DNA of 20,000 nt from an uncultured virus (IMG/VR IMGVR_UViG_3300034062_002168). Its lineage: Duplodnaviria > Heunggongvirae > Uroviricota > Caudoviricetes. How positions within the stretch are numbered: position 1 is the first letter of the stretch; each line of letters begins with the position of its first letter. A program made the translations under genes and the position numbers. Where the stretch lies: the IMG/VR virus record IMGVR_UViG_3300034062_002168. The stretch is one strand, 5' to 3'. The notes beneath the pieces are model-generated. The model had not been told where the DNA came from, did not search any database, and saw only the letters and a list, made by a program, of their open reading frames with translations. Positions 15,210 through 20,000 of the stretch are shown here, in pieces.

Positions 15210-15766
15210 TCTGGACGATCGCCGTACAAAAGTGGGGAAAGATACGTCACGGCGTAGTCTCCCGGACAGGCGGTTTTGCCCACCTCGCGGTGCATCCACA
15301 CGTACTCGATGCCGTATCTGTCCTTCAAATACTCAATGACTCCCACGATGGAGACTTCCATCTCTAGGGTCAGTGGCCGCTCGTGGAAGTTGCCGATCAG
15401 GACCACGGCCACGTTGTTGTAGTTGTATCCAGAGGTGTGGTAGCTGACCACGGTAGGGTCGTTCAGCAGGTACACCTTTCCGTCATAGCCGATGGCGAAG
15501 TGGTATCCGATACCGGGCCAACCACGGCTTACTACGTGGAAGTCAGAGATGCTGGAGATGCTTTGGCCCTTGGTCGCTGAGTGGTGGAAGATGGCTCCCT
15601 TGATATCTTCCTCGGGCCTTGTGCCGTAGGTGCGGTACTCGTGCTGGGTCAACTCACCCCTCAGGTCGTGGATCTGCGAACCGTAGGACGTTACACTACC
15701 AACGCCGGTCATTACCAGCGCCGGACGTAGCGCCGCCCTGAAGGCTACTCCACGTATGAAGGACAT
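15206..15766 (-). CDS. Endolysin, N-acetylmuramoyl-L-alanine amidase (Amidase_2/PGRP, T7-lysozyme-like)
   Basis: IFHHSA, GWPGIGYHFAIGYDG, HTSGYN, LIGNF, HREVGKTACPG; start MSFIRG. Confidence 0.93.
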   Translation of the reverse strand: MSFIRGVAFRAALRPALVMTGVGSVTSYGSQIHDLRGELTQHEYRTYGTRPEEDIKGAIFHHSATKGQSISSISDFHVVSRGWPGIGYHFAIGYDGKVYLLNDPTVVSYHTSGYNYNNVAVVLIGNFHERPLTLEMEVSIVGVIEYLKDRYGIEYVWMHREVGKTACPGDYAVTYLSPLLYGDRPE

Positions 15767-15771
15767 TGCCC

Positions 15772-15897
15772 TCACTTGAGCAGCTTGCGGATGCAGTAGG
15801 TAGTGACCTCGTAGGCCAGAGCAAAGACAACACCTGCCACGAAAGACAGGATGATGTTCTCCTTGTGGAATGCCCACAGCGCGGTCATGGTGTCCAT
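15772..15897 (-). CDS. Small single-TM protein (41 aa; holin/antiholin candidate, not in ORF track)
   Basis: MDTMTALWAFHKENIILSFVAGVVFALAYEVTTYCIRKLLK; TAATG overlap; immediately upstream of amidase. Confidence 0.65.
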   Translation of the reverse strand: MDTMTALWAFHKENIILSFVAGVVFALAYEVTTYCIRKLLK

Positions 15898-16040
15898 TAG
15901 TCGCGGTTGGAGATGAAGTTATCCTGATCCATCATTTCTCGGATGGTGATGTCATCCTCAACCAAGACATCCAGCTTCTTCGCTGCCATGTGGTTCTGGT
16001 AGATGACGTAGGCCAGTGCTGCAAGGATCAGGATGCTCAT
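15897..16040 (-). CDS. Small N-anchored membrane protein (47 aa)
   Basis: MSILILAALAYVIYQNH...; ATGA overlap. Confidence 0.6.
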   Translation of the reverse strand: MSILILAALAYVIYQNHMAAKKLDVLVEDDITIREMMDQDNFISNRD

Positions 16041-16246
16041 GTGTTTCGTTTGTTCTTGTAAGCGTTGATGATCTTGACCACGTTCAAGATGATAATGGTC
16101 AGTCCAACGGTCAGGCCAACGGCCCACTCCACCAGCCTCTCGGGGGGCGGGATGAGCACATCCCACCGGAAGGTGGCAAGCATGAACAGTCCACTGGCCA
16201 AGTTCAGTCCAGCAAGTTCGATAAGGTCTTCAAACCGTGCGCTCAT
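16037..16246 (-). CDS. Putative holin (two TM, basic C-terminus)
   Basis: Two hydrophobic segments and KIINAYKNKRNT tail; first gene after tail genes, upstream of endolysin. Confidence 0.65.
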   Translation of the reverse strand: MSARFEDLIELAGLNLASGLFMLATFRWDVLIPPPERLVEWAVGLTVGLTIIILNVVKIINAYKNKRNT

Positions 16247-18189
16247 CAGATGTCGGAATCAACGATTACGTTGGGTGAGGTGATGTTGTTGGTGATGGTG
16301 CCAGCTAGAGCAACGTTGGTCAGGATGTTGGCGATGGAGACCGTTGCTGCGCCGCTGGAAGAAATTCCAGCGGTTGCTCCGGCTCCTGCGCGGTACAGAC
16401 CCCCGTACACCTTGGCTCCGGTTGCCACCAGAAGGGCGGGATCTCCAGCCGGGGAAGTAGTCCACTGGCAGTTGATCATTGTTCCGGTAAGTACACCCGC
16501 GTCGGTTACCGATGGGGTCAGACCGATTGCACGAACGGTACATCCGGATAGCGTGCCTGTTTTGGTGGCCGTGGATGCCGCCGCGAAACTACCCGGTCCA
16601 GCGTGACAGTTCTCCATGTAACCGGACATAACCTCGGTGTGGGTTCCGGCAACTGGTGAAGCGGTCGTAGTGCAGAACGAATAATTGCCAGCGTTACAGT
16701 TGTAAGCCTTTCCGGTAAAGGAGATGTTCGAGTCGTTGCCAAAAGTACATCCGAAGCTATTGTCGCCCGCTTGGCAGTTGTAGAACTCGCCAGACATGAT
16801 GATGGGCGCTCCTATATTTCCCGTATACCCAAACGACCTTTCACCGGCACTGCAATTCTTGAATGTGCCGCTGATGGTTCCGCCGGGGGTGTATGGAGTG
16901 AACCCATCATCCCCGTACACATGGCAGTTGGTGAAGGTCCCCGATATTGTGCTGCCGTTGAATCCGCCGCTGCCAAACTTTGTGCAGTTGGTGAATGTTC
17001 CGGACAGCGTGGAGTTATCAGCGCCAAACCCAAAATTACCAGTAACGGAGCAGTCGATGAACTCGCCCGATATGATGGCGTTGTTGACGCCGAACGATCC
17101 GTCAAGGCCGGAGCAGCCCGTATACTTACCAGCCATGGTGAAGCCAAACCCGAATGAGAAGATTCCGCTGCGACAGTCAATGAACTGGGCGTCTACGGTG
17201 CTGTCTCCAAAGGAGTAGTCAGTAGCCTTGCATCCAACGAACGTCCCGCTACAAATACCAGTATTCCACCCAAAGCTCTCTGTCAATGCAGTGCATAGGT
17301 TGAACGTACCGCTGGCGTTGCCATTGCTACCAAACCCGCGACCGAATGCCGTACAGCGGGTAAAAGAACCAGTAGCGTCAGCCCCAAACCCAAAGCCATC
17401 AAGGCAAGAGGAGTCAGTGAAAATGCCTGACGCCTCTCCGAGATACCCGAATCCGTTCACCGAGGTGTGACAGTCGAAGTAGTTGCCAGAGGCGATGGCA
17501 AAGAACACGCTGATGCCCGATCCACCGTCAATGCCCCGGCAGCGCTGATATGTGCCACCGTATTCAACGCCCAAGCGCATGAACGGCGCTCCATCGCCAC
17601 CAGTGCCGGGGTTGCGGAATATGCAGTCTGTGAACTCCGTGGATGGGTATACTCCCTGTGGGGCGTAACCGCTATCGTCCGTGTCTGTTCCCGTGGAGTA
17701 AGCAGCAGCAGTGTTCTGGATGGTCAGGTTCCGGAACTTGATGTCGTTCGTTGTCTGGGTGATCGTGCCTACACCAGTGTCGGTGTCGCTAACCGAGGTG
17801 ATGATGGTCTCATCCGCCCGACCCAAGCCGATCAGATCCACGAACTGTGTTCCCATGGTAAGGCCGGTCGAGCCCAAAGCATAGGTGCCCGGAGGGAGCA
17901 GCAGCGCCACACGATTGCTTACCGACAGTGGGTTACCGCCCGGGGTCAGGGTAACGGCGTCCGCGTAAGCATCCCGCAACGACTGGCCGTTCGCCGCCTC
18001 CGTGGCGTAGGTACGAACCACCTTGTAAGCGTAGTTGTCGTAGGCCACAAGGTTGGCGAAGGAAGACACGTTCTGTGCGCTCTCGTTGTCGTTGTGTACC
18101 GCGCCGGTAATAGCGCCAACACCATTAGTGTTGATGATGCTATCGGTGAATGCGGTCAGCGCCGCGAGTTGGTCTGTATATGTAGGCAT
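16246..18189 (-). CDS. Tail fibre/spike-like beta-helix protein with ~20-aa Cys/Phe/Gly repeats
   Basis: LLLPPGTYALG beta-helix cap; about 15 repeats of [AILM]SGxFxxCxxxxxSFG. Confidence 0.8.
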   Translation of the reverse strand: MPTYTDQLAALTAFTDSIINTNGVGAITGAVHNDNESAQNVSSFANLVAYDNYAYKVVRTYATEAANGQSLRDAYADAVTLTPGGNPLSVSNRVALLLPPGTYALGSTGLTMGTQFVDLIGLGRADETIITSVSDTDTGVGTITQTTNDIKFRNLTIQNTAAAYSTGTDTDDSGYAPQGVYPSTEFTDCIFRNPGTGGDGAPFMRLGVEYGGTYQRCRGIDGGSGISVFFAIASGNYFDCHTSVNGFGYLGEASGIFTDSSCLDGFGFGADATGSFTRCTAFGRGFGSNGNASGTFNLCTALTESFGWNTGICSGTFVGCKATDYSFGDSTVDAQFIDCRSGIFSFGFGFTMAGKYTGCSGLDGSFGVNNAIISGEFIDCSVTGNFGFGADNSTLSGTFTNCTKFGSGGFNGSTISGTFTNCHVYGDDGFTPYTPGGTISGTFKNCSAGERSFGYTGNIGAPIIMSGEFYNCQAGDNSFGCTFGNDSNISFTGKAYNCNAGNYSFCTTTASPVAGTHTEVMSGYMENCHAGPGSFAAASTATKTGTLSGCTVRAIGLTPSVTDAGVLTGTMINCQWTTSPAGDPALLVATGAKVYGGLYRAGAGATAGISSSGAATVSIANILTNVALAGTITNNITSPNVIVDSDI

Positions 18190-18192
18190 GGC

Positions 18193-19143
18193 TTATGAGT
18201 GGTCTGATGTGTCGTGATCTGCGCAATCGTGGTCACGCGGGAAGGTGCAGCCCGGAGGCTCGATGTTACCAGTGGTCGATGTCCAAGAGCAGTCCCCGTC
18301 GATGTACGTGACCGTAACCGCCGTGAACGAGAATCCCGTTGCGTCGAACGGAATGGGTGCGGCAAGATCTGCCTCGGGTCCTTGGAACACGCCCACCCAT
18401 CCTCCGGGTGTAAGCAGCTCCACGATGGCCGTCCGTCCAGTGAACAGGGCCACCTGTGGATAGTCGCTCTGGAGTACGTACTGTTCGGGCTGAGTGCCCA
18501 CCCAAGTCAGGGTCACGGTCGGGTACAGGAGTCCGGGCAGGCCCAATCCAAGGGTCGTCCACAGCTCTCCTCCACCCACGTCGATGATGTCTCCGTTGGC
18601 GATGGCCGTTACATCCCATCCTGTGCCGTTCCACTCGACCAGCGTATTCACGGTCCATCCTGTTCCTCCGGTATCCGTCACCACGAAGTAGGTGTCGCCT
18701 ACTGCTGGTGGTCCTGCTTGGATGGATACCCGATCGTTCACATCCACGGCAGCCAGCGCCCCGTAGGTTACAGTTGGGGCGCAAGGGTCTGGTGGTGGTG
18801 GGTAGACGCTAGTTTCTGACTCAGTTCCACAGCCGCAGGACGTGCAGTAGCAGTCGGCCTTCTTGAAGACGGCTTCTGCGAAGGCAATGGTGATGCACGA
18901 AGTGGCTTCGTTGTCAGTATTCCAGTCGTCGTTCCAATCATTGCTCCAGTCCGATGGTGCGTCGATGCTGATGCGGTCGGCTACTGACTTGGCCCAGTGC
19001 ATGTACAGCGCAAGGCGGTAGTTCTTGTCCTGACAGGGAGATGTGTCTCCATAGACCTGCGCCTGCTCGTACTTGAACATATAGTCCAAGGCGCAGCAGG
19101 CATAGTTGATGCGCCTTGCTTCTATGGAGTCTTGTGTCAGCAT
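18193..19143 (-). CDS. Virion structural/adaptor-like protein, Cys-rich N-terminal domain, acidic
   Basis: YACC...CYCTSCGC, Pro linker, carbohydrate-binding-like GDTYFV...WNGTGW segment; between tail genes. Confidence 0.7.
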   Translation of the reverse strand: MLTQDSIEARRINYACCALDYMFKYEQAQVYGDTSPCQDKNYRLALYMHWAKSVADRISIDAPSDWSNDWNDDWNTDNEATSCITIAFAEAVFKKADCYCTSCGCGTESETSVYPPPPDPCAPTVTYGALAAVDVNDRVSIQAGPPAVGDTYFVVTDTGGTGWTVNTLVEWNGTGWDVTAIANGDIIDVGGGELWTTLGLGLPGLLYPTVTLTWVGTQPEQYVLQSDYPQVALFTGRTAIVELLTPGGWVGVFQGPEADLAAPIPFDATGFSFTAVTVTYIDGDCSWTSTTGNIEPPGCTFPRDHDCADHDTSDHS

Positions 19144-19144
19144 G

Positions 19145-20000
19145 TTATGCCACGTAGGCGCCTACGGTAAGGAGTCCGTCAACCGTTACATTGCTATCCA
19201 CTGCGTTGTTGGCGTAGCTGCCATAGGATACCACGGTCTGTTTCTCGGGCGCATAGATGCTGTTCTGCAATCCTTCCGAAATCAACACGCAAGAGTTCAG
19301 CACCAAATCACCTCCAGACTTCACGATGGGAAACGCTTTGTCGTCTATGCTTGTGTCGATTCTTGAGCTATTTAAGATCAGCGTCCCACCAGATACTCTA
19401 ATCGCACTCTTGTTGTTATCGCGCTTTAACTGCGAGATGTGTAGCACCTGCGTTCCTTCTCCTACCGTTAGCAGCGTGTCGCCATTGTCCCCGTCGGTCA
19501 AGTTTCCGATGTTTACGAACGACTTAAACCCCGAAAGGTTGATAATAGGCGTAGGGTCGTCGGTGTCATACGTCTGAACTTTTTGAACGTCAACGTACAA
19601 CTCGCCATAGTCTCCACTTGATGTCCACGCTCCTGTGATTTTCTGTGCGGTCACATACAAGTTACCGCCATCAGACTTGTATATCGCCTCAGAGTTTGAT
19701 GGAGAAGTGTCTCCGATCACTTGTAGTGCATTGACCCAAGCCCTTGCCGTGCTATTGTCCGTTGGAGTGTCAAAGTTCACGCCCTGCTGTATGGCTGCGG
19801 ATCCTGCGTTCTGGCTCTCGATTAGGTCAGCCTGTATATAAGCCTCGCCAACCGGCTGGTTAACGGTTGTGAGTGATACAGCCGCGCCTCCACTTCCATC
19901 GCTGTACTGTCCAATGGTCCTAGCCCTGACATTCAAGGCACCATCCTTCCACCATACTGGATATCCTGCCCCGGATCCGGTAACCCTAATATCCCGACAA
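19145..20000 (-). CDS. C-terminal part of a tail fibre/beta-solenoid protein (5' truncated)
   Basis: Frame remains open past 19936 to the window edge (...CRDIRVTGSGAGYPVWWKDGALNVRAR...); repeated GGxLxL strands. Confidence 0.75.
   Translation of the reverse strand, partial: CRDIRVTGSGAGYPVWWKDGALNVRARTIGQYSDGSGGAAVSLTTVNQPVGEAYIQADLIESQNAGSAAIQQGVNFDTPTDNSTARAWVNALQVIGDTSPSNSEAIYKSDGGNLYVTAQKITGAWTSSGDYGELYVDVQKVQTYDTDDPTPIINLSGFKSFVNIGNLTDGDNGDTLLTVGEGTQVLHISQLKRDNNKSAIRVSGGTLILNSSRIDTSIDDKAFPIVKSGGDLVLNSCVLISEGLQNSIYAPEKQTVVSYGSYANNAVDSNVTVDGLLTVGAYVA

Larger units (their letters stand above)
1..20000. mobile_element. Segment of a tailed dsDNA bacteriophage/prophage, probable Bacteroidota host
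   Basis: Dense operons with ATGA/TAATG overlaps; replication module (DnaB, primase-like, SSB, RuvC) converges on a lysis/tail module; no housekeeping genes; repeated TACCTTTG promoter elements. Confidence 0.93.

Noticed and set aside
15165..15299. N-terminal extension of the phosphoesterase in the ORF track
   Set aside because: Overlaps the amidase and spans the promoter; ATG 15164 is the better start. Similar over-extensions were trimmed for ORFs 2003, 7571, 8043, 8495, 12115 and 15877
16585..17562. DGR variable region or DNA tandem repeat in the tail protein
   Set aside because: Repeats are protein-level only; no reverse transcriptase or adenine-specific TR/VR pair seen in the window
1..20000. 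tRNA genes, integrase/att sites, stop-codon reassignment
   Set aside because: No cloverleaf or T-loop context found; no integrase; genes end in TAA, TAG and TGA and tile the window under the standard code

Overview
This is a 20-kb piece of a tailed dsDNA phage (or prophage) genome. The host is probably Bacteroidota, based on six intergenic TAnnTTTG-type promoter elements, a DUF6371-type primase-like gene and no obvious Shine-Dalgarno sites. The left arm (+ strand, 1-9070) is an early replication/recombination operon: SSB-like protein, UvsY-like helical protein, coiled-coil protein, DnaA-domain-IV HTH protein, DnaB helicase, Zn-ribbon/Toprim primase-like protein, RuvC-like resolvase and an HNH/NinG-like protein. 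The right arm (- strand, 9186-20000) is the end of the tail/late region: beta-helix fibre proteins, small holin-like genes, an amidase endolysin, a metallophosphoesterase, a free-standing HNH endonuclease, spanin-like membrane proteins and an 802-aa beta-helix/Ig-domain protein. The arms converge on a perfect 31-bp inverted repeat built from two imperfect palindromes, followed by a bidirectional terminator. The main unexplained signals are that nested palindrome, a ~95-nt structured intergenic element behind the SSB gene, operator-like palindromes and IHF/DnaA-box-like sites at promoters, and periodic Asp-Trp/Asp-His peptides in a tail protein. All calls come from reading motifs by eye; no searches were run.
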